This document shows, in pieces, positions 13,951 through 27,569 of a stretch of 64,000 nt of DNA. The stretch lies in assembly GCF_006345805.1 (NCBI RefSeq), contig NC_043003.1:18724001-18788000 (forward strand), given 5' to 3'. The translations under genes were made by a program, and so were the position numbers. The notes beneath the pieces are model-generated. The model did not search any database and was not told the DNA's origin. It saw nothing but the letters and a program-made list of their open reading frames with translations. This stretch comes from Octopus sinensis. Its lineage: Eukaryota. Each line of letters starts with the position of its first letter. Positions within the stretch are counted from its first letter, which is position 1.

Positions 13951-14818
13951 ACGTTCAGCTGGTTTTGGAAAGACAGGATAATTGTAACCATTCTCACCCT
14001 AATGTTTAGTAGGATGTAGTTTGGTGCTTCAAGTGACTTGCTAGAAGAGGGGGATGGGTTTACAATTCAATTAGATATCACAAAATAAGGAGATTTAAGA
14101 CAGAAGCTAAGCACTTGAAATCAAAACTATTTATAATTAATATCAAGCTGAAGAATCTCACTAGCCTGAGATGATCAAATTTTGAATTTGTTATATTTTT
14201 TCACCAAATATCACTTGAAAACCACCAACTTGAAAACAAACAGGGGTTGATGCAACATGCTGCTTCAAGAAGCTTCACTTAATCCATCATAGCATGGAAG
14301 AAGTGGGCATAAAATCAACAGAGATGGTCAATGAGGAGAGGAGCTATTATACATGATCGTATGTAAACAAAAACAAAAAAAAACAAAAAAAATTAAAGTT
14401 AATCAGTAAGAAAAAAAAACCCTTCAAGGAAAAAATTAATTATGGTGTTTGCGCTGTCCAAGTTGCACAGAGTTTCCCTTCTCACTCTCATTAACAGAAA
14501 TATTGTAAGTCTATGATTGGCTCCTTGAAAACCAGTTGCCAATGATGTTTTAATTCACAATGAAATATGAAAAATCAATAAATGTCACAAAGTTAAGTTT
14601 GTTTACTTTTTGTTCATTTCTTTTTCTTTTTTTATGGTTAATTAATATAGATCAATATATTTCATTTTGTTATAATAAATCTGATTATTAAAGATTTATT
14701 TCATAGACATGCTATCCAGCAATTTTTTTTAAAGATAAGCTGAAATTAAAAAAACAACAACAAACTGACAAGTTGCAGAGTACAAATTATGAAAACAAAA
14801 GTTTGTTATCAAACTTAC

Positions 14819-14920
14819 TCTAGTGTTATTTCGTTCTGCTTTCAATTCTGATATTTCTTCCTCCCTTTCTAATAGCTGTTCTCGAGCAGCACTCAATTCT
14901 TTAGTTATAGTAGCAAATTC
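14819..14920 (-). CDS. PPFIA: Internal coding exon of liprin-alpha (N-terminal coiled-coil/LH1 region), 102 nt, phase 0/0
   Basis: Translates to [34 protein letters not shown], closely matching the liprin-alpha motif [34 protein letters not shown]. Acceptor tctttcttgcattttcag|GAA at 14921; donor AGA|GTAAGT at 14818. Confidence 0.93.
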
Positions 14921-15365
14921 CTGAAAATGCAAGAAAGATTCCATCAGTGAATTTCAATTTCCATATTTTTAAAACAATTGAAATGATTATGATTAAAACA
15001 TTCACAAAAATTATGCATAAGCAAAGAGGAAAACTGTTTTATAGAAAACATTACCACAAAAGAAACAAACATTGACAATATAAGAGGAGAATGTTGATAA
15101 ACAATACTAAATTATTTCTATAATTTTCTCCTATCTGTTTTAATGAAGCAAAAATAAGAACGAAAAATTATATCAAAACAACCAATAAAAGTTCCATTAG
15201 GTTAATTACATCTAATATGATTTTTCAATTAATACAATTAATATATTTATATCAATATAAATATACTGGCAGTAAAAGTGTGCATGCATGCATACACACA
15301 CACTCTCTCTCTCTCTCTCTCTTATCTATCTATCTATATATATATATACACATATATATATCTAT

Positions 15366-15399
<34 letters not shown>

Positions 15400-16008
15400 C
15401 TCCAGCTCGCACAGATGTGCCCTTACCATACACATACCATTAAGTAACATCTTTTAAAACACACAAGAAAATCAGTTTACTTCATGTAAGAAAATTTGGA
15501 ATGAGCATAGATTCATTTATAAAATGTTGAACATAACAGCTGTTTCTAGAAATATTAGGATGGTAGCAGAATTTAAAAAATATTTTATGAATTTAAAACT
15601 GGGAAAAGAGACTCCTTGCCTACTGGTATGAGACAAATACCATTATGTGATGAAGGTTAAACTAACATTATCAAGGGAAGAAATCCTTTTATAGTGCTAT
15701 TTTACTCTTCATTGACCTACACACAAAAACTGAAGCATTTCACATTTAAATCTATTATGCTGAAGTAGGTATTCGTTTTACAAATGCAGGTATCTCTTAT
15801 AAGTTGCTTTATCTGCTAGAAATAACTAAATCTTACATAAATCACATAATAGCATCTTTAAAATGGAAAGACATTGGATAAAATAATCCTAGATACACTA
15901 CGCATGAAAGGAAAATAGAAGGATCATAGCTATAGGTGTACATGATTAGGCTGACATAGGCCTAAACAATATCAGAGCCAACAGATATTTGGACAGCGAA
16001 ACCAATGA

Positions 16009-16106
16009 ATGCACAAGATAGGATGCTAAGAGACAGAAGGCAGATTTGTGATGCACAAGATAGGATGCTAGGAGATAGAAGCAGATTTGTGATGATCAAG
16101 CTAGGA
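16009..16106. repeat. ~41-42-bp tandem duplication (about 2.3 copies)
   Basis: ATGCACAAGATAGGATGCTA.GAGA.AGAAG(G)CAGATTTGTG repeated. Confidence 0.85.
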
Positions 16107-17334
16107 TATAAAATGGCTAATATAAAATGAACTTATAGCTAATGACAACCAAGGTACACTAGAAGAAAACAATGAAAGCATTAATCAAGTGAATAAGAGT
16201 CCTCACTTTCAATTAAGATTTTGCATTTCACAGGAAGTGCCGGCACGATATTCTAGGACAAGAAACTTAAGCCATCTTACCTAATTTAGTAATTATCATT
16301 CGCTCTTAAGCTTTTACATGCTAGAATAATTTGAGCAAAATCTACAGATGCACACATGTTCTCAGAGCAGATGTTCTGAGACAGGAATTTAGCTACTTCA
16401 TTATCAAGACTTGCTTGTTTGACTGAACCAAATAGAATACACTGCACATGTGCAAACAAGCTTAACCATTTAGTCAGGCGGAAAATTAGAACCATAAAAT
16501 AATATTACTTTGGTGCTAAAGAAAAGAACATGCAATTTAGGCACAGAAATTTTAATATATGCATTTGAAGATCCTCTGCTGTTGAAATGACATTTCAAAG
16601 CTTATGTTCACTCACAGATGCTAACTAAACTAGGTGTTGTACATGGCTATCAATACCACAATATCGTATACTTCATTAGAATCACATAAAACCTTTTACA
16701 CTAAGCACCGATAAATGAAGTCTTACAACTTAGTATCTTAACTAGCTTTGAAATACATTTACAAAAACAAACAAAATAAAACCAACCCAATATTTACAAT
16801 TCGCTCGTGATCCATTCAATTTATCAATATCTAGCTTTTAAAGGAAAATAAATATATATTTAGGTGTAATTCTGTTGATAAAATATCAAAGTTGGAAAGA
16901 AGACATACATGTATGAACATAAGTTTCACGATCTTTACATTGGATGTTTAAAGACACAGCTCTAAGTCATATGGCTTCATTAACCCCTTTCAGTATATGT
17001 TTTAATATCAGATATCTTAGATGCCTTTACTTGTTTTATTCTGCTGATTGGTTATGTAACATATGACAAGAAAAATCAATTCCTTAGTTTGCTCAGGCTC
17101 AAAGACATATAACAAACTACTCGTACCAAGAACCAAAGTCTACAGCTAAAAGAAAGCCATGTTAACAAAATCTATTTCCAATACCTATTCCACTCAATCA
17201 ATAGCTCATCATTTTAAACTAGACTCTGTGTGTGTGTGTGTATGTGTATGTGTAGAAAGAGAGAGGGGGGGATTCACAAAATAAAAAACTGACAAAGACA
17301 GGTATATTAGTATAACACTCAGGAAGTGAAAAAG

Positions 17335-17372
17335 TCTTTAACGTTTCGAGCCTATGCTCTTCCACAGAAAGA
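17335..17372 (-). ncRNA. Minimal type I hammerhead ribozyme motif (Penelope-like), with core variant
   Basis: Minus strand: UCUUU CUGUGGA A GAGC AUAG GCUC GAAAC GUU AAAGA. 5-bp stem I, 4-bp stem II, palindromic ACGU stem III, GUU cleavage triplet; A6 is replaced by U. Confidence 0.55.
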
Positions 17373-18069
17373 AACAAGGAGAGAAAATAAAGAATGTGAA
17401 GTGGCTAGCGATATAAATTGCAGAGTACAACTTATATATATATAGACAGACAGACATATAAATTACTGAAGTCAAACCAAATAATGATATTTTGAATGCA
17501 TTTAATATGTACATTTCAGATAATTACACAAAAGATAAAAAGTGAATTTCATCTCTTCGAAATTTTGCCTTAGAAACGAAATTCCCATTTTATCTTTTGC
17601 ACAATTATCTGAAACCTGCATATTAAATGCATTGAAAATATTCCTACTTGGTTTAACATCATTATTATATGCATTATATAACAACACCAATACAAACTAA
17701 CCATCCCTAACTCCATTCATACTGGTACTGTAACTAAGATTTGGAGTGGTGTGTTCTTTTTGATTTGAGTTGGAAATTCTGGTAATATGAATAGTTTCTA
17801 AGCATCTGTTTATTGTTCCCTCACCTGTCTCTATCTTTTGTTTTCTGTATATTTGAACCATATCTATAGATATTAACATCTCGTGTATTTATCTCCATTT
17901 TCCATTATCCTTATGTTCTCCAAAACACATCTCATTTCTCCTTAGAATTATCACCCACACAAGTGTGATTACTAATTTCTTAGGCACTTATGTGACATTT
18001 GACTACATTGTAACTGTTCCTCTGGATCTTTCCTAGTAACCTGAACATATATATATATATATATAAAAA

Positions 18070-18352
18070 TCATCATCGTTTAACGTCCGCTTTCCATGCT
18101 AGCACGGGTTGGACGATTTGACTGAGGACTGGCAAACCAGATGGCCACACCAGGCTCCAATCTGATCTGGCAGAGTTTCTACAGCTGGATACCCTTTCTA
18201 ACACCAAAAACTCCGAGAGTGTAGTTGGTACTTTTACATGCCACCAGCATGAGGGCCAGTCAGGCAGTACTGGCAACGGCCACACTCAAGTGGTGTTTTT
18301 TACATGCCACCTGCACAGGAGCCAGTCCAGCGGCACTGGCAACGACCTCGCT
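18070..18352 (-). mobile_element. Family C retroposon
   Basis: Same diagnostic sequence. Confidence 0.85.
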
Positions 18353-19304
18353 CATATATATATATGAATATTTCCTTTTAGTTTTGCAAGTAAAAGAAAC
18401 AAATCTTATTTTCATTAAAAAAAATATTAATTAGATAACATATATTTCACAGGTATTGCTTGAAATGATTTTCTGAAATTGTTTAACTGTTTCAATTTCA
18501 CAATGTAAATATATGTCACAGCTGTCAATATCATGAAAACAGTAAAATTCCTAAATTAATCATCAATGTTTCTAAGACTTTCATAGTCTCATCTTCAGGA
18601 TAAAGTGATATTAGTGACTGTTGCTGCCTCTTTTAAGTAGGCAGGTCTAAGATAATTTGTGTGGACAAAATGATTAGAATTTATATTTTGTTAGATTTAA
18701 GTCCATAGTCAAGTGTTGTTTATTTTGGTTTGTGAACATTGCATGTTGCCTATGATCTCCACATACCATAGCATTTTGTTGGCTGTGTTATGAACATTAT
18801 TTCCATCACAAAACATCTAGTTGTTATCCACTAATGTTTTCCTATGCTGTGTAATAAGTGCATTACAATTGCTCTTTGTAAGTGTATGGTGGTGAGGTGA
18901 CAGGAGGCTGTCATTACTTGTATGACCAACATTATCAGTTGCTGTTGTGAGGTTTACAGCCGAATTCATAAATCACATTGAGCACTAGCATCTTGTCTGC
19001 AATTTAACAAGTTTGTGTTTTATTATTAATAAGATTCAATATTTTTGTAGTATATTATTACCGTGTGTGTGTGTGTGTGTGTCTGTAGGTGGACAAGCAG
19101 CATCGAAGCATTTATAAATAAGTTAGACATGTATAATTAAGCAGAAAGATAGTCCATGGTAGTCCTTCTCAAATATATAGATATCCAGAGGTTTAAGGAA
19201 TAGCAAATATTACCGGCTTCCTTTCTGCATAATTATATATCTATATGCTTATTTGTATAACATATCTATAAATGCCTCTCCACGTTTTTTTTATCTTTAC
19301 TTTT

Positions 19305-19565
19305 GTTAGCTCAACCACATTGTTCCAGGTTCAGTCTTGTTACATAGTACCATGGGCAAGTGTCTTCCACCATAGCCTCTAGCCGACCAAAGCTTTGTGG
19401 GTGGGTGGATTTGGTAGACAGAAACTGAAAGAAACCTGTCACATACACACATGTTTGTGTCTGTTAGTCACATACCACTGTTTGACAGCTGGTGTTGGTG
19501 TGTTTACATCCCTGTAACTTAGCAGTTCAGCAAAAGAGATCCAATAGAGTAAGTACCAGGCTTCC
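19305..19565 (+). mobile_element. SINE family A copy
   Basis: GGTTCAGTC...GGGCAAGTGTCTTC...GGATTTGGTAGACAGAAACTGAAAG. Confidence 0.8.
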
Positions 19566-20417
19566 AAAAAAAAAAAAAATTACAGAAACCAGCAAAGAAT
19601 GAATGGGTGTGTGCATGTGCATTGATTCATGCATCCATTTCTTGCCAGGCATGCATGGATTAATGAACGTATATTATTAAAGCAATGTTTTACATATGCA
19701 CACACACACACACACATTACACACACACATTACACACACACATTACACACAAGTCAACACGGATGTCAATTAGATAAATTACAGCAGCTCGTCAGTAATG
19801 CTGCATTTTGTGGCCATGATCAACAGTTGAGTCCACTTAGATGTAAATAGCTCGAATGTTAAGTTGCAGCGACACTGTGGGATTGCATGCCCAAGAACTC
19901 CTGGAAAAAGCTGTCTACAATGGATCGGTCTCACATTAGCTTAAATGCTATGGGAACCAGGAATACGAGCCAGTATCACGTATCCATGTGATTTGGAAAG
20001 AGTATGGGATAAGGATGTAACAATACTAATTGTGGCTCTACATAATTTAGTACGTGTAAACAGCTAATTATTGCATGTAGTGTTTAAAGTAACTACTCTA
20101 TAATGTATGCAATTGATTCCGATGCCGCAACTAACTGCCCAGGAAAAATAGATAAATAAATAAATAACAACAAGAACAGCAACCATCAACTTTTCAGGTT
20201 ACATAATTTATCAATATAACATGATATGAAGAGATGGTAAATGGCAAAAAGCAAAACAAAAAAAGAGATGTAATAACCTGTATATAAAAAAAATATCACA
20301 ATCATATCAAGGTTCCCCTCCCCACAAACACAAGAATATAACAATGTCAGAAGCATTAGGCTTTCCTGAAAGGGAATCTAATTGACAATAAGGTCTGGGG
20401 ATTTTTTGTTTTGTTTT

Positions 20418-20457
<40 letters not shown>

Positions 20458-22687
20458 TAAAGAGTTATATTAGCTTTATATTTAAGTCAAGTATTTATTT
20501 TATCAGTCTCGTTTGCTGAACCACCAAATTATGACAGTCATCAACATTGTTTCTTGGAGGGTGGGGGCACAGAAGCACGCGCGCGCACACTCACACACAC
20601 ACACAATATATGGCAACTTCATTCCAATTGCCCAGTAACTAAGTTGTATATAACCCCTAATTTCACATTTAACTACTTAAAAAAGAAAGAAAAATACAAT
20701 AATCATGTATTATACATGACTGTTCTAACAAGGGAGTAGCTGCAAAGTAGTTTGAGCTGACCTACTAAAAAAAATAGTCAAAGAAGCTTCCACATATTAC
20801 TCCCCACTACCTTAGAAAGTTGAGACATAGTAGCATCACTTACTAAAATAGAAGCCAAAGCTTCCTCAAATCACTACCTTTTGCCTTAGAAAGTAAGATC
20901 ATGTTAGATAATGGAACCCAACATATTTTTGAATTGAGGACAAGATGATATGAGCTGGAATATCTTCCCTCCTCAGTTTGCTCAGTCAGAACTGACCTAA
21001 GCTAAACAAGTTAGATCTTTAGACAAAGTTTTTTTTTTTTCTAATGAATTATAGCATCTAAAAAATCCCGAAACATAGAAACTCTGTCTCTAAGATATGA
21101 GCATCTATCATTTCACTGTAGGTTTCTCATAGACCTAATTGTTGAAATAGTCAGTATAAAGCTTGCAACAACTGTTCCTCACAAAAGCATTGTGTAAAGA
21201 AGGTAAAATTTTATAAGTTTTCAGCACTCAGATTACTGTCTAATATGATGCTTATTAATCATACATTATCTTGAAACTTTAAAGACAATGATGTGAGAGC
21301 TTATTTTTAGAATGACATTGTAAGACAGATCTGAGAGGCTCGGTTTGCCAGTTTGAACATAAAACAGGTAGAATATTTGGGCCTCATATGTTCAATTTAA
21401 ATGGTGAAGAGTTAAACATATGCAACTATATTCTTAATGGTAATATAACAATGATAAACAGAATAGCTGTAAATCACTGCAGAAAAATGTATTTTGAAGA
21501 AATAATCTTAGATTTGAAAACCAATAGAATTAATTAAAAGAATTGGCTGATATTTATTGCTTGCATGTAAAATAGCAATTACATGAAAAATGGAAAATAA
21601 TTTTCACAATTGTAAAAATTTCAAATGTGAACAAAAATGACATGATTCGAAACATTTCTCTAACAAACAGGCTATGGGTTTGTCCTCTTTCAAAAGCACT
21701 ATAAAAAAATATATGTAAGTAAAAACAAATCAAAAGACTTGTGTACAATTAGGTCATCAGTTATAATAACGACTGTCTATTAGACAAATCAATTAGTAAA
21801 ATGAAGACAATGGAGATACAATAAGCCAAATGTATTAGAGAAACTTAATGATTATCAGTTGTTTTGGTTAGAGATTATTAGAAACAAAGTCATTAGATAT
21901 GTAAAAAATGTTTCTATGTGAAGAATTTACAAAATATGGCTAGCAACCAATAAGTACTTCTATAGCGAATATCATCTTTCCTAAAGAAATAATGCTGCCT
22001 GAAGATAAAACCAACCTACAGTAATGATATAATAACAAAGAAAGTAAAGTGCATACTTGCTCCTTGGTTACAGATATGATCTGTCAAGTTACAACTGAAT
22101 ATAGCTACACCTACGATTATGACCGAAGTGAGTCAAGATTAGCAAGTTCTCACTCACACACACATGTTTTACACTGTATAACCTGCTAAAACTTAAGAAA
22201 GAGATGATAATCATCAGCCAAAGAATAAATGATTGATTACAGCTAGCAAAGAAACCAACCCTAAATTCTGTATTTAGAGAGGTGGTACCCAAGTCGTTTG
22301 ATGCTCAGGGCTTACTGTAACCGAGAGGAATTTAACAAATGTTCCCTCCATATGTTTTATATAAGAAAAAAAAATAAATAAAAACTAATTATTTTAATCA
22401 AACAGAAGCTAATTTTGTATACTGGTTATTACCTATATTTTCTTAACAGATTCCAATCAGCATGTGGCTCCCTCCAGATATTTATATGGATTTATGCCCC
22501 ACTGCATTAAACTTTTATGAAAATACTAAAGAAGGTGAGGATTGACATAATGAAATTATAGTGGAGTGTTCAAGCATTACTAGTCATGCTTCTGCTCACT
22601 GATAATGCAATGCCTTTCTTGTATTTTAATCCTGACAAAGATTTTTTTTTTTTTTTCAAAAATTTATACAGAGTATAACTATTGTAT

Positions 22688-22960
22688 CATCATCATCATC
22701 ATCGTTTAACGTCCGTTCTCCATGCTAGCATGGGTTGGACAGTTCGACCGGGGATCTGGGAAGCCAGAAGGCTGCACCAGGCTCCGGTCTTATCTAGCAA
22801 AGTTTCTACAGCTGGATGCCCTTCGTAACGCCAACCACTCCGTGAGTGTAGTGGGTGCTTTTTACGTGCCACCTGCACTGGTGCCAGGCGAGGCTGGCAT
22901 CGGTCACGGTCGGATTGGTGCATTTTATGGAAGCCAGTCAAGGCGGCACTGGCTTCGGCT
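22688..22960 (-). mobile_element. Family C retroposon (young)
   Basis: Same diagnostic sequence, CpGs retained. Confidence 0.85.
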
Positions 22961-23797
22961 CCAGTTGAAATATTTTATTTCAAAGAAAAATGTTGACCCT
23001 TCTAAAATACCCACGTCTTCCCATAGCCCCTCCTTAACAGTCAAGTGCCCCTTTGTATGCTAACACTACCTCAGTTAAGAACCACGTTCAGCAAAATTTG
23101 AGAAGAGAGGAAAAAATAAGAATCACAAGAAAAGTACAGATGACATATCAGTAGTTTCCATGAAAATGTTTACAGCAATTTCACAATATGTTATTGAACT
23201 AACCTAAATCACAGGGCAATTTTTAACAACATCAAGGGGTTCGATTCACAAGTATTTAATTACAATTAGAACTATTAAAATAATGTATTCAAGTCGTTTG
23301 TGAAATGCTAATGTCCTACCTACACTTATCCCAAAGGTCAAGATTATCCAGCAGCCATGTTGTGAATGGTACGTGAGCTAAAGAAAAGGACTGTTTCTAT
23401 TTTGTTCTATTCCAACTCTATTGAAAATACAATGCTAATATCTGATCACAACTGGACAAAGCATTTTACATTTTTAATCTGAATATTATTATTATTATGA
23501 ATTTTTTTTTTCTCTTTCTCTTTTTTCTTTTCATGAACGTAAAATATCAAATGATATTTATGGTCTGAAAATATCAATATGCTTAATGATTACTTGTTTG
23601 TTTGTGTTTTTTAATTTTTAATTACTTAGAGCAAGGATATGCAGCAGTACACATAGTCTTTGTATAATCAGACTGTTGAGTTCTATGGGGTCGGTGCCCA
23701 TAGGAAAAATGTAAGGGAGAAAGAAACGGGTTCTTGAGCATTGTAGTTTTAAATAGGAAGATTGAGTAACTAAAAGAATGATATTTGAGATTTTTGT

Positions 23798-24458
23798 ATG
23801 TCTGCACCTTGTTCTGGTTCTTTGCATTCTGTGTTCAAATCCTGCCAAGGCCTACTCAGATTGTAGAATTGATATTCTTTGGTTGTAGCATCTACGTAAT
23901 TAGTGATAAAAAAATTTTTTTAAACCTGAAACATAATTTCATTTGCACTTGTGTCAGAGAGGGAAAATGGCAATTTATATCTTAAGATAAAATAAACTTC
24001 AGCTAATATAATCAAGTTGTTTTTATGTGAGTGTGTCTGTGTGGTGGTGGTAGAGGTCTAGAGTTCTACATTCAGTATAACTGTTTTCTTTATAGAAGTG
24101 ACAAAAACAGCCAAATACAAAAAGCAACAATATTTGCTAGAAACTGAGAACAAAAGTATAAAGATAAAAGTGGTGGAAAATAGCTTTTTGTTTGTTTTTT
24201 TTTTCTTCTTATCTCATAGTCAGGAGAGAGGAGGTGGAACCCATAGCCTGTTACACAGCCTCCAAGACTAGTATAAGAGAGAAAAGAAGGTATGCTCAAA
24301 CCAGAAACTTAACCTGAATGTCTGAACTCCACCAAAGACACACAAGGTGCCAGGTGATGGTGTTTAAACCAAATCATGGATTATCAATTCTACAATCTGA
24401 GTAGGCCTTGGCAGGATTTGAACTCAGAATGCAAAGAACCAGAACAAAGTGCAGACAT
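23798..24458. repeat. 77-bp inverted repeat (23798-23874 / 24382-24458), 75/77 identical, 507-bp spacer
   Basis: Direct base-by-base comparison. The arms derive from a diverged SINE head fragment (TTCTGAGTTCAAATCC). Confidence 0.95.
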
Positions 24459-24474
24459 CCAATTTGATATTCTT

Positions 24475-24845
24475 AGGTGTGGCTGTGTGGTAAGAAGTTT
24501 GCTTCCCAGCCACATGCCTCCAAGTTCAGTCCCACTGTGTGGCACCTTGGCCAAGTGCCTTCCACTATAGACTTGGGTCGACTAAAGCCCTGGGAGTGAA
24601 TTTGGTGGATGGAAACTAAAAGAAGCCCATTGTGTGTGTATGTGTGCACACGCACACGTGCATGTCCCAGTACTGCTTGACAAACAGGTTGGTGTGTTTT
24701 ATATCCCCATAAACTTAGTGGTTCAACAAAAGGGGCTGGTAAAATAAGTACCAGGCTTCAAGAATAAGTACTGGGGTTGATTTGTTTGACTAAAATTCTT
24801 CAGTGCCCCAGCTTGGCCACAATCTAATGACTGAAACAAGATAAT
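24475..24845 (+). mobile_element. SINE family A copy
   Basis: Full head to GACTGAAACAAG tail. Confidence 0.85.
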
Positions 24846-25329
24846 CCACCACTCTGGACTGGTATAGATTCTTATATTGACTTCAATGAATAATGACAGG
24901 ATGAAAGGAAAAGTTGACCTCAAACATGATTTCATCTCAAGAGTACAGAGAACTGGAACAAATACCACAAGGCATTCTGATGCACCAACAGCTCTGCCAA
25001 TTCACCACCCTAGATAAAACTGATAAGAGCTGGAACTCCTGTATACTTAGATAAGACATTTTCTTCTATATAAAACCTGGCAATCGTTCTGTATAAACAT
25101 CTACAACTTGATTTTCCCACAAAGTACAAAAGAAAAAAAAAAGATTAAAATTTGCTAAAATCAGCTCATTTTGCTTGGCAATTGGCTTTATCATACTTAA
25201 TTACAGAGACAGAATTATTAAAAATTGTAATTAACCTGCACCAACAAAAAAAGGAAATTACTAAAAGATATTTAATTATACATTTAATTTTGATAAAAGC
25301 TACTTAAAATATATGTTCATGGCGTTCAT

Positions 25330-25332
25330 GTG

Positions 25333-25388
<56 letters not shown>
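25330..25388. repeat. (TG)n microsatellite
   Basis: Direct observation. Confidence 0.95.
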
Positions 25389-25391
<3 letters not shown>

Positions 25392-25619
25392 GACAAAATG
25401 CAAATATCTGACATTACTGTTTTTGATAAATATTTAAATGAAAGATCCATAAAAACTTGAAAACAACATTAAAAGTAATTTTTCTTTAAAAATTAAAATC
25501 TTTATCTAGGGATTTTCCAGCAGAAAAGGGGGGTGAGAGAATGATAATGGGGAACAGAGGTAAAACAAGAGAAAGGGTGAGAGGAAAGAGATAGAAAGGA
25601 AAGAGAAGAAAACGAGATA

Positions 25620-26015
25620 TTGTTTAATGTCCACTGTTCCATGCTTGCAAGGGTCAGGTGGAATTTGTTGCCAACCCTCACCAGTTTCTAAGCACATAGT
25701 TAGACATGTTCTTACAGAAAACTGAAAATAAACGACATCACTTGGCTGATGACGATTCTCATTTATAATCACCACATGATGTCTAGACAGTGACGTGTGC
25801 ACACACTCTCTCCCCCCCCCCTCTCATAACACTCTCAGAGACACAAACAAACATACAAAAAGCTTCTTTAAGCTTCTAACAAATCAACTCACAAGGCCTT
25901 GGGCACCCCGAGACTATAAGAGGACACACTTGCCGAGAGTGCCACACAGTGGGACTGAACCCAAGACCACACGCTTGGGAAGCAAGCTTCTTACCCACGC
26001 AGCCACATCTGTGAC
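25620..26015 (-). mobile_element. SINE family A composite copy
   Basis: Reverse-oriented head at ~25880-26010. Confidence 0.75.
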
Positions 26016-26571
26016 ATAACACACAGAAAGTAAAGAGAAATGAAGCTAGAAAGAAATGAAAACAAGAAAGCAAGACACACTGAACAAAACAGAGAGGTGG
26101 GGGTAGTCCAGAATATTTGCAGACAGTTGGCTAATTCTAAATGAGACTGTTGAAATGGAGACAACAGGTGCATATTTGAATCTAAGATTAATACAAGGAC
26201 ATAAATGTCAGACAGACACCAGACTACGAAGAAGCCAGACTACTCAATGTCTTGTTCTGTAAGAATTTAACTTCACTAAATAGTATTAGTTTATACATTA
26301 TTCAGTGTCCACTTTCCATGCAAAGAGCAGGGGACAAAAGTTACCGAGGCAGATTTTCACCACCCAGATGCCCTTCCTGTCACCAACCTTTACCTGTTTC
26401 CAAGTAAGGTGATATCTCCTTAAGGCCAGACGTGTACTCACAGGTTACTGAAAATGAATGAAACTACTTATACGACAGTGACACTCATTTACAACCATCA
26501 CAATGTCAAGATCACGCACGCACACGCGCGCACACACACACACACACACAACAGGGTTTTTTCAATTTCTT

Positions 26572-26985
26572 ATTTCTTTATTGCCCACAAGGGACTAAAC
26601 ATAGAGGGCACAAACAAGGACAGATGAAGGGATTAAGTTGATTACATCGAGCCCAGTGTGTAACTGGTACTTAATTTATCGACCTCAAAAGGATGAAAGG
26701 CAAAGTTGTCCTCGGCGGAATTTGAACTCAGAACGTAAAGACAGACGAAATACCTATTTCTTTACTACCCACAAGGGGCTAAACACAGAGAGGACAAACA
26801 AGGACAGACAAACGGATTAAGTCGATTATATCAACCCCAGTGCGTAACTGGTACTTATTTAATCAACCACGAAAGGGTGAAAGGCAAAGTCGACCTCAGC
26901 GGAATTTGAACTCATAACGTAGCAGCAGACGAAATACCACTAAGCATTTCACTCAGTGTGCTAACGTTTCTGTCAGCTCGCCACC
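26572..26985 (-). mobile_element. SINE family B: two tandem copies (one 5'-truncated, one near full length)
   Basis: Two successive CCCAGTG..AACTGGTACTT...GAAAGGCAAAGT..CCTC.GCGGAATTTGAACTC blocks. Confidence 0.85.
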
Positions 26986-27569
26986 TTTCTTTCAATTGCT
27001 GCTAACCAAATCCAGTCACAAGGCTTTGGCAGGCCTGAACCCATAATTATGAGGTTAGGAAACTCTCTCTCTCTCTCTCTCCCTACACACACACACACAT
27101 TATATATATATAAATATATATATGCAAGCTGAGTATGATAATCACCTCAACACAAAATGTGTGATTTGCATCGTAAGTGAAATAGGAGTTTATGGCATTG
27201 GTATCTTTTTTAATGGTATGTGTTTAATGTGTAATTAATGTGATTTCAAATTGCTTCCAATGAAATCTGAAATTGGGTGGCAAACTCTTTTTATCGAGAA
27301 CTTTGCTTGACAGTGAGAAAAAAAAAATTATCACTTTTATTTTAATCTTTAATTTAATGTTATTTATATCAAAGATCAAAGTAGAAAATTAATCCCATTT
27401 TTCTTTTATTTTTTCTATCAATTGTCGCTAATTAAGCAATTTAGCACACATTTAACTCACTTTTTAGAGAATATTGAATGAATTCTCAAATCCAAATGAA
27501 TAAAATTACTTCTGATAAGAAATTTATTACAACTAATGCAAAGAACTAAAATAATAATAATAATCCTTT

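Noticed and set aside
14891-14893. Ser (AGT) where vertebrate liprins have Asn, suggesting hard-wired A-to-G editing
   Set aside because: As far as I recall this position varies among invertebrates, so it is uninformative.
14921-14944. ORF-track N-terminus MESFLHFQ on the liprin exon
   Set aside because: This is intron sequence (polypyrimidine tract and CAG acceptor). The ORF's tail VSLITNF... is likewise read-through of the GTAAGT donor.
22055-22330. Short inverted ends (CTTGGTTACAG / CTGTAACCGAG) suggesting a MITE or Helentron-like element
   Set aside because: Only 10/11 bp match and no clear TSD; not enough to classify.
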